Numbered from the stretch's first letter, positions 10,377 to 21,378 are shown. The stretch: 64,000 nt of DNA from Spirochaetota bacterium (GCA_965208615.1 CBDBPB010000001.1:224001-288000); one strand, 5' to 3'. Program-made: numbers and translations. The notes: generated from the sequence alone by a model not told the origin.

Positions 10377-11831
10377 CTACCACCCTGAGGCAGGGCTTTT
10401 TTCGCTCACTATAACTCTTACTCCATGAAATTCAACTGTCTCATCATTAATTAATATTTTATTAAGATAAACTTCTAAGTTACGATTATGATCGTTTAAT
10501 TTTACTATTTGACTATTAGATAGTTGCATATTATTAAGATAAAGCTTCCTTAATTTTTCTAACTTTTTTAAGAAATTTAAACGATTAGCAATCTGGCTAT
10601 TATTGCTAAGATCCAGCACCTCTATAGTTTTATTTAGCCAAAATAAACCCAAACGACCAAGAGAAGGATTGTTACTTAAATTAAGTGATTTCAAATTGGG
10701 CATTTGCTCTAAGTGTAGTATGCTACCATTATTAATTTCCTTTCCTGATAAATCAAGATTTTCAGCTGTTAGATCAGGACTTCTACCCATTTTTTTCAAA
10801 AAGAGTATAGCACGTTCTTCATATTCATTCTTAGGGGCATATTTTGGATGATCATCAGTTGAGTCTGAAGGAGTTGGCCGTATATGATATGTTCTAAAAT
10901 CAACTCCATTTATATCAACTTTCAACTCATTAGCATTAATTTTATTATGCAAGTACCTTAGATTATCGGCATTCAGCATTGGAATATCAGTAAGACTAAG
11001 GTCTTTAAGACTATGCATATTTTTTATAAGTTTAAAAGTATTGTTACTAAATACACCCCCTATTTTAAGTTCCTTAAGATTTTCAAGATCGCCTAAAAGA
11101 GATACTTCATTAACAATCATAGGATACCCATCAACCTCATGAGTAAGAGAAGGATTTCCATCAATATGGAGTTTTTCCAGACTTGTTATACCTCTTATAT
11201 AAGTAAAAAACTCCTTTTCAAGATGGTTATTAGAAATATAAAGCTCTTTTAGATTTTTCACAGCTCTACCTATAAATAAGGCACCGCTGCCAATTATCCG
11301 GTTGTTGCTAATATCAAGCTTTATTATATTTTTCATATTGGCTATATATACCATATAGGAATCAATAAGTTGGTTATTATTTAAGTAAAGCTCCTCCACT
11401 TTGTTAGGACTTTTTATGTTTCTTAAAAAACTACCAGTCATATATTTATGATGAGAAATGTCAATCTCTTTGAGATTGGGCAAGAATTTTATATGTACTA
11501 AGTCTTCATCTTTAAAGTTGTTTGTAAGACTATCGGGGAGTAAAGAAAACTCAGTTACTTTACTAAACTGAGAAGCATTAGTTATTACTTGATTATCGTC
11601 TGTCTTTAAGCCTATTGACTTAAAAAAAGCAATAGCCTTTACCATTTCTTGTAAAATAGTTCTATGAGTTTTAGGATAGGTATTAGTAGTATCCCTCTTT
11701 TGTCTATTACTAGCTTCATTTGGGTCTGAAACAACGTTATCTGTTATATTATTACTTAGTAAACTACTATCCGTATCGTTGCAGGATATTAACATTAAAA
11801 TACATATAGAGATAAAGATTTTTACTAACAT
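10377..11831 (-). CDS. Leucine-rich-repeat lipoprotein
   Basis: Lipobox LISC; repeated LxxLxLxxN units (LKEIDISHH, VEELYLNNN, LKELYISNN, LKSLNLSNN); GAGG RBS. Confidence 0.85.
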   Translation of the reverse strand: MLVKIFISICILMLISCNDTDSSLLSNNITDNVVSDPNEASNRQKRDTTNTYPKTHRTILQEMVKAIAFFKSIGLKTDDNQVITNASQFSKVTEFSLLPDSLTNNFKDEDLVHIKFLPNLKEIDISHHKYMTGSFLRNIKSPNKVEELYLNNNQLIDSYMVYIANMKNIIKLDISNNRIIGSGALFIGRAVKNLKELYISNNHLEKEFFTYIRGITSLEKLHIDGNPSLTHEVDGYPMIVNEVSLLGDLENLKELKIGGVFSNNTFKLIKNMHSLKDLSLTDIPMLNADNLRYLHNKINANELKVDINGVDFRTYHIRPTPSDSTDDHPKYAPKNEYEERAILFLKKMGRSPDLTAENLDLSGKEINNGSILHLEQMPNLKSLNLSNNPSLGRLGLFWLNKTIEVLDLSNNSQIANRLNFLKKLEKLRKLYLNNMQLSNSQIVKLNDHNRNLEVYLNKILINDETVEFHGVRVIVSEKSPASGW

Positions 11832-11918
11832 GTGTCCTCACTTTAAATTAGATTATTTAATTAATAGTGATGTTACTATAACAAATTTCTATGGTCATGT
11901 CAATATAAATTATAAAAT

Positions 11919-12078
11919 AGTTTGATAACTTTACAGCCTTTTGGGATATATACCCCCTATCCATGAGTAAATGGACTGATCATCATCACCCATTAGGCAA
12001 TATTAAACCTATACTAACAATTATTGTCATTTTGAAACCCCATTCACCCATAATATAGCAATTTTGTCTATCTCACGG
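11919..12078 (-). pseudogene. Deletion-riddled partial duplicate of uvrD
   Basis: 11961-11990 matches 9299-9328 at 29/30; 12059-12078 is identical to 9763-9782; intermediate blocks match in collinear order. Confidence 0.85.
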
Positions 12079-12195
12079 TGGACATAATAATATTAATTAA
12101 AATAGCCTTTGTATAAGCAATGATTTATGTTATATTTTCTTTGATCAGCGTATTCCCCTTTATACCTTTGCGTAAAACCTAACTCGAGGCTAAAT

Positions 12196-12723
12196 ATGAA
12201 AAAACTATCAGAAAAAAAGCTCCTTAGCACTCCAGTGTTTAGTGTATACGAAAACTTGTATCACATGGATAAACACAATAAAGCTCACCCCTTTTATGTT
12301 ATCCACAGTAATGATTGGGTTAACACTATCCCCATAACCCCTGATGGACACATAATATTAGTAAAACAGTATAGAATAGGTATTGATAAATATTCAATAG
12401 AGATACCTGGTGGAGTAATAGAAGATAATGAATCCCCAATTAATGCCGCAATAAGAGAAACTAAGGAAGAGACAGGATATGAAGGATCTAAGGTAATAGA
12501 GATTGGCTGTGTTATACCAAATCCCGCTATCCAAAATAATAAATGCCATACCTTTTTAATAGTGGATGCTAAAAAAACATCAAATCAAAATCTTGATCAT
12601 ACAGAAGAAATTGAAGTGCTATCCCTGCCTCTAAATGATGTGTTAAACATGATTAAGACGGGTAAAATTAATCATTCCCTTGTGGTAGCGGCCTTTAACT
12701 TTTATCACCTTTATAATTCATAA
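12196..12723 (+). CDS. NUDIX hydrolase (ADP-ribose pyrophosphatase-like)
   Basis: LVKQYR, Nudix box EIPGG.IE.NESP..AAIRE.KEETGY, PNPA. Confidence 0.92.
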   Translation: MKKLSEKKLLSTPVFSVYENLYHMDKHNKAHPFYVIHSNDWVNTIPITPDGHIILVKQYRIGIDKYSIEIPGGVIEDNESPINAAIRETKEETGYEGSKVIEIGCVIPNPAIQNNKCHTFLIVDAKKTSNQNLDHTEEIEVLSLPLNDVLNMIKTGKINHSLVVAAFNFYHLYNS

Positions 12724-12786
12724 ACAATAATTTACCTTATAACATTTTTTATTATTTTAAGTATAAACAAATAACAGGAGCTTTAT

Positions 12787-13122
12787 ATGAAATTAAAAGT
12801 CATTACTATTATAAGTATATTTTTACTCCTTACAGGCTGTGAAATTACTGAAAGAACTTATTGGACCCTTCCATCTGCATCAAGAGTAACAATACCCACA
12901 GGTGAAATAGTTTATTTTAATGGTACTGTAAGTGTAAAGCTATCAGCACCACTTGATGTAATACTTGATGAAAATGTTGATGTAAGTACAACTGACTATT
13001 CTTTGTATCGCTTAGAAGAAAAAGGCTCCGCTAAGTTAACTGAGCCTATCAATATTGATACTGTAATATACAAAAAAGGCCATGTTGTAACATTACCTAA
13101 AGGAACTTTTATATATCAATAA
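12787..13122 (+). CDS. Hypothetical lipoprotein
   Basis: Lipobox LLTGC, AGGAG RBS. Confidence 0.7.
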   Translation: MKLKVITIISIFLLLTGCEITERTYWTLPSASRVTIPTGEIVYFNGTVSVKLSAPLDVILDENVDVSTTDYSLYRLEEKGSAKLTEPINIDTVIYKKGHVVTLPKGTFIYQ

Positions 13123-13201
13123 CTAATTAAACCGTATAGCCTAATAAGCTGGCTTACAAGCAAAGGTTCATAACTATGTTAAATAAACTGCTCTAAGATG
13201 T

Positions 13202-14113
13202 TTAAATTGTTATAACCTTTGCACCCTCAAAGTCCACTTCTAAAAACCTATATATAGCTTTTAAACCCTCAGCTTTGAACGTATTAACCATAGAATTGGC
13301 TATCCTCTCTCTATCCTTATTGACTAAGGCAACTAACGTTGGTCCAGAACCAGATATAAATACACCTAAAGCACCATTCTCATAAGCCATATTATAAGCT
13401 TTTCTTAAACCAGGTACCAAAGGAAATCTATAAGGCTGATGTATACTATCATCAAGTAGACTGGCTAAGTTGGATAAATCACCAGCTTCTAATGCCCTTA
13501 TTAGCCTAAATAAACAAGTCTGACTTTTAATAATTACCCCTATAGGATAAATCAAAGGCATAACCTCCCTCGCCTTATTCGTGGATACATGATATTTAGG
13601 ACTAACTGCAACTATATCAACGCTCGGGAACCTTAAAGCTATAACTTTAGGATTATTATCCGTATCACGATATGAAAAGGTAAAACCACCAAATAAGGCA
13701 GGGGTAACATTATCAGGATGTCCATCTAAATCTACAGCTAACGTCAACATTTCATCACGACTAAGTCTATTCCCTAATAAACTGTTAGCACTATAAATAC
13801 CGCTAACTATTGCACTACTAGAACTACCAAGTCCCCCCATTAAAGGTATATCATTTTTAATGTCAATATGCAAAGGTATATAAGGCTCATTAAGCTTGTC
13901 AAATACCCTTAATATAGCCCTATAAACCAAATTACCCTCATCAAGTGGGATTACACTACCACCAGACCCAGTATAACTAATATTTAAACCATCATCCGAC
14001 TTTCTTATATCAACAGTGTTATAAAGGTTTAACGCTAAACCCAATATATCAAATCCAGTACCAATATTCGCGCTGGATGCAGGTACTCTTACTCTAAGCA
14101 ATTTATTCTCCAT
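13202..14113 (-). CDS. thrB: Homoserine kinase
   Basis: VPASSANIG.GFD.LGLAL, GHMP loop PLMGGLGSSS, GHPDNV.PAL.GG, HQPYR, ISGSGPT. Confidence 0.96.
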   Translation of the reverse strand: MENKLLRVRVPASSANIGTGFDILGLALNLYNTVDIRKSDDGLNISYTGSGGSVIPLDEGNLVYRAILRVFDKLNEPYIPLHIDIKNDIPLMGGLGSSSSAIVSGIYSANSLLGNRLSRDEMLTLAVDLDGHPDNVTPALFGGFTFSYRDTDNNPKVIALRFPSVDIVAVSPKYHVSTNKAREVMPLIYPIGVIIKSQTCLFRLIRALEAGDLSNLASLLDDSIHQPYRFPLVPGLRKAYNMAYENGALGVFISGSGPTLVALVNKDRERIANSMVNTFKAEGLKAIYRFLEVDFEGAKVITI

Positions 14114-14136
14114 AAATGTTATTTGTTTTTATATAA

Positions 14137-17100
14137 CTATTCATCTATATTAAAGTTAGCGGCTTTCTGCTCAAGCTCATGGATAATAACATTAACCTCT
14201 TTCCAAAAAGGATTATCTTTCTGTTTAAGCTCACTCAAAACCTTATCCACCCTGCAAATATTAATAAACTCACAATAATTTGCACACTCCTTAGGACTAA
14301 GATGAAAACGTCCAGAGTAAATCCAGTTAAGGTATAGCTCAACATAATAACTGGATATATCTCTCAAAGTTATACTAGTACTATTAGGAATGTTCTCTTT
14401 TAAAGTAATAGTCGTTTTTTTCAGCTTCTTGGATTCCTTATCTAAAACAAAATAATAACTATAATCTTCAAAGCTTCCATAAATGTGTTCAGCTATTATA
14501 GAGTATATTAATGGTTGAAAACGTTGTCCAGCTGTAATTAGCTCGATTAATTTATCCTTAGATAAAGGCTTTCCAGTTTTATAGTCTATAATATTAAATT
14601 TATCCCCGTCATAAGAGATATCAATTCTATCAATTATCCCCTCCAGCAAAATAAAGTGATTATCCTCCTCAGTCAGGATTTTTAATGGTATACCCTCTTC
14701 TTTAGCTAATCCTATCTCAAGAGCAAAAGGTCTAAATCCTATATTCTCCAATAAATCCTTATTAATAAAAATACTAATATCCTTAATAAGCCTGTCAAGC
14801 TCTCCCACAAGGTAAAGGTCATTAATATTATATTCACTTATAACTTTATTTACTATCCCTCTAATATGATTATCCATCCACAAATGGTTTTCCACGTCAA
14901 ATCGCGATGGATCACTAATCCTACTCTGATACAACTCAAATAATACCCTATGAACAATACTACCTTTTTCATGACTTTCCCACATATCCCTTTTAGGCTT
15001 TCTTTTTTTTAGACCCAATACGTAATACAAAAAAAACCTATAAGGACACTCCCCATAAACCTCAAGATGAGAAGACGTAACTATATTAACTTTATCTTTT
15101 AGCTTTTTAGCTAATAAATCCCTATCCTCTGTCAAAAAGCCTTCATAAGACGAAAACCTAAGTGATGACCTCTTACCCTCTATTATACACTTGTCCCTAA
15201 TTAAGTTAAGCAAATTATGATCTATATCCACCATCTGGATAAGGCGATTAAGGGGAAAGCTAATTTCAGCGTCTTCGTGAGAAAAACTATATCCCAAATA
15301 ATTATACAACTCTTCTTTTGAATAGAGGTTATCATCAACAGGCACCCCTAACTCCTCTATGCTCCTGTTGAGAACACTTATAACGTCATCCAAAAAGAAT
15401 GATGGTAAACTATCCCTGTTATCCTCATCCACTTTGGGATAAGATAAATATAACTCTCTTCCAGAATGTCCCAAACAGCCTATAGCCATTAATAATAATA
15501 ACTCCTCATGCCTTGCCTGCATATCCATTGTAGCTAATATTACCTCTGGATCATTAATCAAGACTTTTTCGTATTCCCGAATAAGAATATTTACTCCAGC
15601 CTTTTTAGGAAAGCCATTCTCTACTAACCCTAGTATGAAAACTATAGTAAATGAATATGTTATCCCATAAACCTCTTGTTCAGTAAGAATATTAATACCG
15701 TAACCCCTATTAGGAACAGGATTATAATAAGAAGTATATATTATATCCTTTAATATATTATAAAACGAATACAGGGTTATTCTGCCGTCTTTTATAATAT
15801 GACTTTGAAAATAAATAAACTCATCCAATAGCTCAAAAAACTTGCTTAATATTATAGAATCCCGTTTAGCCGTATCCATATCACTATATTTATAAGTGTT
15901 ATACAAAATTGAAAAGTTATTTGTTATCATCCTTTTTAGAACATCATAGATATCATGAATACATAACTCCTTATGAGGATAAGGAAATTCATTTATCAGG
16001 TCTATTACCTTTTCTACATAAGCAATACACATATCTATTTCTTCCGAACCCTTATCAAGACTCTCCTTTACGGATGTCAAATAACGTAATATACTAACAT
16101 CGCTATTAATCCTATTATAGTATTTATCAATATACTTTATAACAGTATTGGTGTTAATACCTTTTAGGCTAACAAGATCTACGTTTAAATAGACATAATT
16201 GGACTTTATAAAAGATATTAAAAGATCATTAGGAAAGTTCTTTATTTTGAGTTCCATAATATTAAAAATGATAATAATTAGCCTTTCAGACAATAAATCC
16301 CTATTAAATAAACCGTAATAAGGTAAGTTAAATTGATTAAAAATATCATTAATATAATATTCATACTTTGCCGGATTACGAACAATAATTGCAATATCAT
16401 CCACCTTAAGGGATGGATCATTATAAAGTAACAACTTGATCCTCTTAGCTACCCTAAGAACCTCGTCATAAACATTATCCCCTTTTATCAGCCCTATACT
16501 AGGGGGATTAGATAAAGTAATATCTTTATCCACAAAGAGATTGGATAATAATTCATTAAAAATAAAATAATCCTTATCTTTTTCGGGAATACTATAATTA
16601 TCATCCTTAAACCCTAACTGATCAAGGTTTTCTTTTATAATCCTCCCATTAAAAAACTGCTCCGGCCTATCTGGATCAAAAAAGAAACTTAGTATAATTT
16701 CAATTCCGTTCTTAGAAAGAGTATCAATTAGCTCTAAGTCCAAACCAGCGGATGAGTTAAAACTTAATAAAAGAATCTTTTTAGTCCTTTTCAAAAGAGT
16801 ATGTTTAAGGTTTCTATTAAGATGGGTTAGTATAAAGTAGTCCATATCATAAGGATCAAAAAAAGCATATTCTGACTTTAGCTTTTCATAACTGCTTATA
16901 ATACCGAAAAGTTCGTCATATTTTCTATGTAATCCATTATATTTACTGGTGACTTTTTCAAATTGGAATAAAACTTTTTCTAAGTCAAAAAAGTATTTAC
17001 CGTTATTTTTGGAATAGTCCACCTTTTTTAAATCGCTAATAAACTGAAATAAATACTTTATAAACCCTCTAAACGAAGATATATTTTTAAAATAACTAAG

Positions 17101-17419
17101 GCTTTGCTCTTCTAAAGCCTTTTTCATTATGGTTATACTGCCAGAAGAAGTTATTAATATTGAATCCTTAGCATTATTCAGCCTTATGTCGTTATATATA
17201 TCCCTTTTTAGACTGGATAAATCCATAATAAACTTTGTGGATAAAGCAGAAAAGCTTTTCATAAGATGTTCTTTAAGGTAGTCTATACTAAAGCTGTTTG
17301 GCAAAACTACTATTAACTCATTATGAAAATAACTCTCATTCAGAAGAGGCTTAATATGGTTATCTATTATATAAGAGTTTTATATTATCTGGGTTATAAG
17401 AATAATAATACTTGTTCAT
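14137..17419 (-). CDS. AddB/RexB-like PD-(D/E)xK nuclease subunit; probable frameshift near the 5' end
   Basis: DIAIIVRN, LGLVENGFP, LSYP, S.LE.Y.ECPY, G..VH..L, GIIDRID, IIDYKTG, C-terminal C..YC...IC Fe-S staple. The frame is open up to 17379 and an ATG at 17419 is one base out of frame. Confidence 0.8.
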
Positions 17420-17569
17420 TAGAACGATTTACTATCTGATACTTAAATATAAATGTTTATCTATCATAAAGAAAAATATATAATAATTTATTTTTAGTCT
17501 AATAATATATTATTTTAAATAGAAAACTTGATTTACTAAGTAAGCCTTATTAGTTAGAGTTATAGTAAA

Positions 17570-18247
17570 ATGAATAAAGTTGTACTAGAGTTTTGTAATA
17601 TTGGTTTTGGCTATGATAAACCCTTATTTAATAATATTAGCTTTAAACTCCATAGCAATGAAATACTAACAATATTAGGAGGCTCTGGAAAAGGTAAAAC
17701 TACCCTTCTTAAGCTTGCTAATCGCCTAATCGATCCCACTAAAGGAAAGATATTTTATCTTAGTAAAAACATTAATATAATTTCTCCATTAAAGCTCCGA
17801 AAAGAAGTATGTTATATACCCCAAATACCGTATATGACAGAGGGTACAGTAAAAGATAACATCCTACTGCCTTTTATTAAAGACAAATCCTATAACCTCG
17901 ACAATATAGTTAACTCATTACTTTTTAAAGTAGGACTAGATAATAGTTATTCCCACAGAATAGCTAATGAACTCTCGGTAGGTGAACAACAAAGAATAGC
18001 TATATGTAGAACTATGCTAAATAAATGTAAAATATTACTGCTGGATGAGCCAAGTTCTGCATTAGATTATAATAATACCCTAATAATAGTTAAAACTCTA
18101 AAAGACTTTATTGATAAAAAACATATTTCCATAATAGCTGTAACCCATAAGCTTAGTTTTGCAAAGCTTTTAGACGGCCGTAACCTTATACTAAAAAATA
18201 ATGGTATAAGTGAGGTCAGCAACCTTGATTATAACCTTCTATATTAG
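17570..18247 (+). CDS. ABC transporter ATPase (FetA/YbbL-like)
   Basis: Walker A GGSGKGKT, LSVGEQQR signature, LLLDEP, VTH; adjacent to fetB-like permease. Confidence 0.88.
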   Translation: MNKVVLEFCNIGFGYDKPLFNNISFKLHSNEILTILGGSGKGKTTLLKLANRLIDPTKGKIFYLSKNINIISPLKLRKEVCYIPQIPYMTEGTVKDNILLPFIKDKSYNLDNIVNSLLFKVGLDNSYSHRIANELSVGEQQRIAICRTMLNKCKILLLDEPSSALDYNNTLIIVKTLKDFIDKKHISIIAVTHKLSFAKLLDGRNLILKNNGISEVSNLDYNLLY

Positions 18248-18259
18248 AGGATTAGAATA

Positions 18260-19060
18260 ATGGAAATAGTTAATATTTCATGGTTACAATTACTTTTGGG
18301 ATTTATTTTTATTATTATTCCCCTTTTCTTTTCGCTATATGAGTCTCTTAACCTTGAGAAAACTATATTAATAGGCGTTTTTAGGGCCAGTGGTCAGCTC
18401 ATATTTGTAGGATTTTTACTAAATATAATTTTTGACCTAAATAAGTGGTACTTAATTGTTTTAATAATATTTGTTATGTTAATAATCGCCTCTCAAGCAC
18501 TATTTATACGAATAAAAACTGGTATTAACAAAACTTATTACTATTCACTAATTGCAGTATCAACGGCATCCATTTTGTCTATCTTTGTGCTTTCTAACAT
18601 AATTATAAACATTGATCCGTGGTATAACCCCCAATATATTATTCCTTTATCGGGGATGATAATAGCAAACGGTATGAATGGAGCAACCCTTGCAGGGGAA
18701 CGATATAAAAATGAATTAGTTCTTCGTCTTCCCGAAATAGAAATGTTATTATCCTTAGGATATAGCTCAAAAGAGTCCTCTAAAAGAGCAAGACAAAAGG
18801 CATTAACATCTGCATTACTGCCTTCTATAAACAATATGATGGTAATGGGAATAGTTAGCCTTCCTGGTATGATGACAGGACAAATATTATCAGGTATAAA
18901 TCCAATAATAGCAATAAAATATCAGATATTAATCGTACTGGCACTCCTTGCCACTAATATAACTGCATCATGGCTATTATTGTCCTTTTTATCAACTAAA
19001 CTTTTTACAGTCCACCATCAAGTTAGATATGACATAATAAACAAAATTAGAAATACCTAA
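18260..19060 (+). CDS. fetB: FetB/YbbM (UPF0014) ABC permease
   Basis: QL..VG..L, YIIP.SGMII.NGMN, G.VSLPGMMTGQILSG..P..AIKYQ. Confidence 0.88.
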   Translation: MEIVNISWLQLLLGFIFIIIPLFFSLYESLNLEKTILIGVFRASGQLIFVGFLLNIIFDLNKWYLIVLIIFVMLIIASQALFIRIKTGINKTYYYSLIAVSTASILSIFVLSNIIINIDPWYNPQYIIPLSGMIIANGMNGATLAGERYKNELVLRLPEIEMLLSLGYSSKESSKRARQKALTSALLPSINNMMVMGIVSLPGMMTGQILSGINPIIAIKYQILIVLALLATNITASWLLLSFLSTKLFTVHHQVRYDIINKIRNT

Positions 19061-19070
19061 CTATCTACTA

Positions 19071-19763
19071 TCAACGAAAGATAGCCTCAATAACATCATC
19101 AGTACACTCAAAACTATGAAAAAAATAATCCGGCTTAGCCTGTTTTAAACTTCTTTCACTGTTTTTGTTAGTGCATACAACAATAGTCTTAACACCAAGA
19201 TGCCTACCACATTCAATATCATTAGTAGTATCCCCTATAATAACGATATCTTTACCAGTAAAACGATGTTTAGTTTTATCCAATGCACGCTTTACCGCAA
19301 TACCAGGTAGTTCATAACGATAAAAGCCATCATCTCCAAATGCCCCAAAACTAAAATAGCCTTTTATGTTAAAAGTGCTAAGCTTAATAACGGCACCCTT
19401 ATAAATATTACCAGTAAGAAGTCCAATAGCATTGCCATTAACTCTTTTAATAGCATCCAAAAGCTCTCTCACACCACTATAAATACCTACTCCCCTATCA
19501 ATAGTATAATAGCTCTTAAGATACCTAATATAACTACTAAACAACAATGGATAACTTTTATAAATCTCTTCTTTCGATAGGCTATCCTTTAACAGCTCAT
19601 ATACAATTTGCTTATCAGTCTTTCCAGCCATCCTAATAGACGAATTTATAGTCCTTTTATAAACCTCTTCAACTGCTTTTATAAGAGCTAATTTTCCATT
19701 CCCGTTGCTATATAACATTGTTCCATCAATATCAAATAGAATAAGTTTCACAAGCCTTCTCAT
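19071..19763 (-). CDS. HAD-superfamily hydrolase
   Basis: LFDIDGT, GKTD, LLTGN, GAFGDD, IIGDT.ND. Confidence 0.92.
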   Translation of the reverse strand: MRRLVKLILFDIDGTMLYSNGNGKLALIKAVEEVYKRTINSSIRMAGKTDKQIVYELLKDSLSKEEIYKSYPLLFSSYIRYLKSYYTIDRGVGIYSGVRELLDAIKRVNGNAIGLLTGNIYKGAVIKLSTFNIKGYFSFGAFGDDGFYRYELPGIAVKRALDKTKHRFTGKDIVIIGDTTNDIECGRHLGVKTIVVCTNKNSERSLKQAKPDYFFHSFECTDDVIEAIFR

Positions 19764-19843
19764 AAAAAGATTAAGATATTTATTATAAAAAAGATTTATA
19801 TAGTTTTTTGATTTTTATACAAAGTTAACAAAACAATTTTATC

Positions 19844-19872
19844 TTGACAAAGTTATAAGCATAGACTATCTT
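19844..19872 (+). promoter_or_regulatory. Probable sigma70 promoter
   Basis: TTGACA-17 nt-TATCTT. Confidence 0.55.
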
Positions 19873-19919
19873 TAAAATAAATATGCTTTATAATAAAATT
19901 ATATGGATGCTTTACTAAT

Positions 19920-20369
19920 ATGACCAACATAATAGGAAATATTTCAATATTTAAAAACTTTACCACAGAACATAAAGCTTATTTATATAAACTGCTTGAA
20001 ACTATAGACTATAAACCAAAAGATTTTATTATCCAAGAAGGCGATAGTGATAAAAACTTATATATAATCCTAAAGGGAACAGCAAGAGTTTTAAAAAAAG
20101 ATGATATGGGGGACTTTATTGATGTTTCATATATTACTCCGGGTAATTACTTTGGAGAACTATCACTAATAGATAATAAACCAAGATCAGCATACGTTCA
20201 AGCCGCAGATAACGTTACTATTTTAACCTTATCGCAACTAAACTATTCTAACCTATGTTTAAAGTTTCCCGAAGTAGAAGCACTAATGCTAAAAGAGTTT
20301 TTGTTAGATATAACACTAAAACTAAGAAATACCACAGAAGATGCCATTAATCAACGACTTTTAATATAA
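19920..20369 (+). CDS. Stand-alone cyclic-nucleotide-binding domain protein
   Basis: II.EGD...LY.IL.G, FGELSLID..PRSA.V.A; no HTH domain. Confidence 0.9.
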   Translation: MTNIIGNISIFKNFTTEHKAYLYKLLETIDYKPKDFIIQEGDSDKNLYIILKGTARVLKKDDMGDFIDVSYITPGNYFGELSLIDNKPRSAYVQAADNVTILTLSQLNYSNLCLKFPEVEALMLKEFLLDITLKLRNTTEDAINQRLLI

Positions 20370-20744
20370 CTAATCCTTTAGCATCTCACAATTACCCTCA
20401 AATGTTACTCCATCTGCAATTTTGAGTCTACCAGTTTTAATATTCCCATAGAGTTTGGCATCAGTTAACAGTTCAACTTTATTATCAACATCAATATTTC
20501 CTTTAACCGTACCTCCAATTCTTGCATTACTAACATCAATATCTGCTTCTATCTGAGCTTCTTTATCTATCCATAAAAACCCTTCACTAGAAGTAATTTT
20601 ACCTTTAAAATGCCCTTTAACTTTTAAACTCTTTTCAAAAGTAAGTTCTCCCTCAAGGTTAGTATCTTTACCAAGAATAGTTAATATCTCTATTTGATCG
20701 AAATCGACAACTTTTATTTCGTTACCTGTATTTTTTTTATTCAC
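20370..20744 (-). CDS. Bactofilin (polymer-forming cytoskeletal protein)
   Basis: T.LG..T.LEG.L.F...L.V.G.F.G.I, GTV.GNI, L.GNI.T.RL.IADG..FEG.C.M. Confidence 0.9.
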   Translation of the reverse strand: MNKKNTGNEIKVVDFDQIEILTILGKDTNLEGELTFEKSLKVKGHFKGKITSSEGFLWIDKEAQIEADIDVSNARIGGTVKGNIDVDNKVELLTDAKLYGNIKTGRLKIADGVTFEGNCEMLKD

Positions 20745-20828
20745 TTTTATCCACCACTATATTTATTTTTAATATAAAGTATTAAACATAACTTATTAGT
20801 ATAGCTATTTTTGGTTAGAAATATCAAT

Positions 20829-21056
20829 CTATTTGTTTGTCATTACAAAAACCCCATCCCAATCATCTGAAGGAGGCTCCTTAATATAAACCTGACATCG
20901 TTCAACATACAATTTGGAAGGCTCATCATCTGGCATAACCTCTAAAACCTTTTGAAAACCATCTAGAGCCTTTTTAAATTCTCTTTTTTTATAAAGCTCT
21001 AATGCCTTATTATACTTATCCAAAATACTAATTTTTATTTTATTCTTTTCCAGCAT
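20829..21056 (-). CDS. Small TPR protein resembling the C-terminal tail of class III adenylate cyclases
   Basis: Y..AL.LY..REF..A...F..VL...P.D.PS.LY.ERC.....PP..DWDGV. Confidence 0.75.
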   Translation of the reverse strand: MLEKNKIKISILDKYNKALELYKKREFKKALDGFQKVLEVMPDDEPSKLYVERCQVYIKEPPSDDWDGVFVMTNK

Positions 21057-21111
21057 ATTAGCCTATTAGAATATGCCTTTGAACAGATTCAAAAGCAATT
21101 CTTATAAGTAT

Positions 21112-21378
21112 TTATTTAACAACTACAGCAATAACATCTTCCATTTTAAGTATTAGATGTTCCTTGCCATCAATCTTAATTTGAGTTCCAGCATACTTAT
21201 CATAAATTACCTGTTCATTTTTTTTAACGGTAATTTCATCAGAAGTACCAACAGCAACTACAATACCCTCCTGAGTTTTCTCTTGAGCAGTAGGAGGTAT
21301 ATATATACCTCCAGATGACTTTTCTTCACTCATTAACACTTTAAGTAGAATACGACTTCCTAATGGCCTTATATTCAT
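21112..21378 (-). CDS. groES: Co-chaperonin GroES
   Basis: IRPLG.RIL, SGGIYIP..AQEK.Q.G.VVAVG, Y.KYAGT.IK.DG; GGAGG RBS. Confidence 0.96.
   Translation of the reverse strand: MNIRPLGSRILLKVLMSEEKSSGGIYIPPTAQEKTQEGIVVAVGTSDEITVKKNEQVIYDKYAGTQIKIDGKEHLILKMEDVIAVVVK

Noticed and set aside
14137-17304. PD-(D/E)xK Fe-S nuclease as Cas4 serving the CRISPR array
   Set aside because: It is the C-terminal domain of a >1000-aa AddB-like protein, 39 kb from the array
21112-21378. groES without groEL
   Set aside because: Unlinked groES and groEL is already known in spirochaetes such as Borrelia and Treponema
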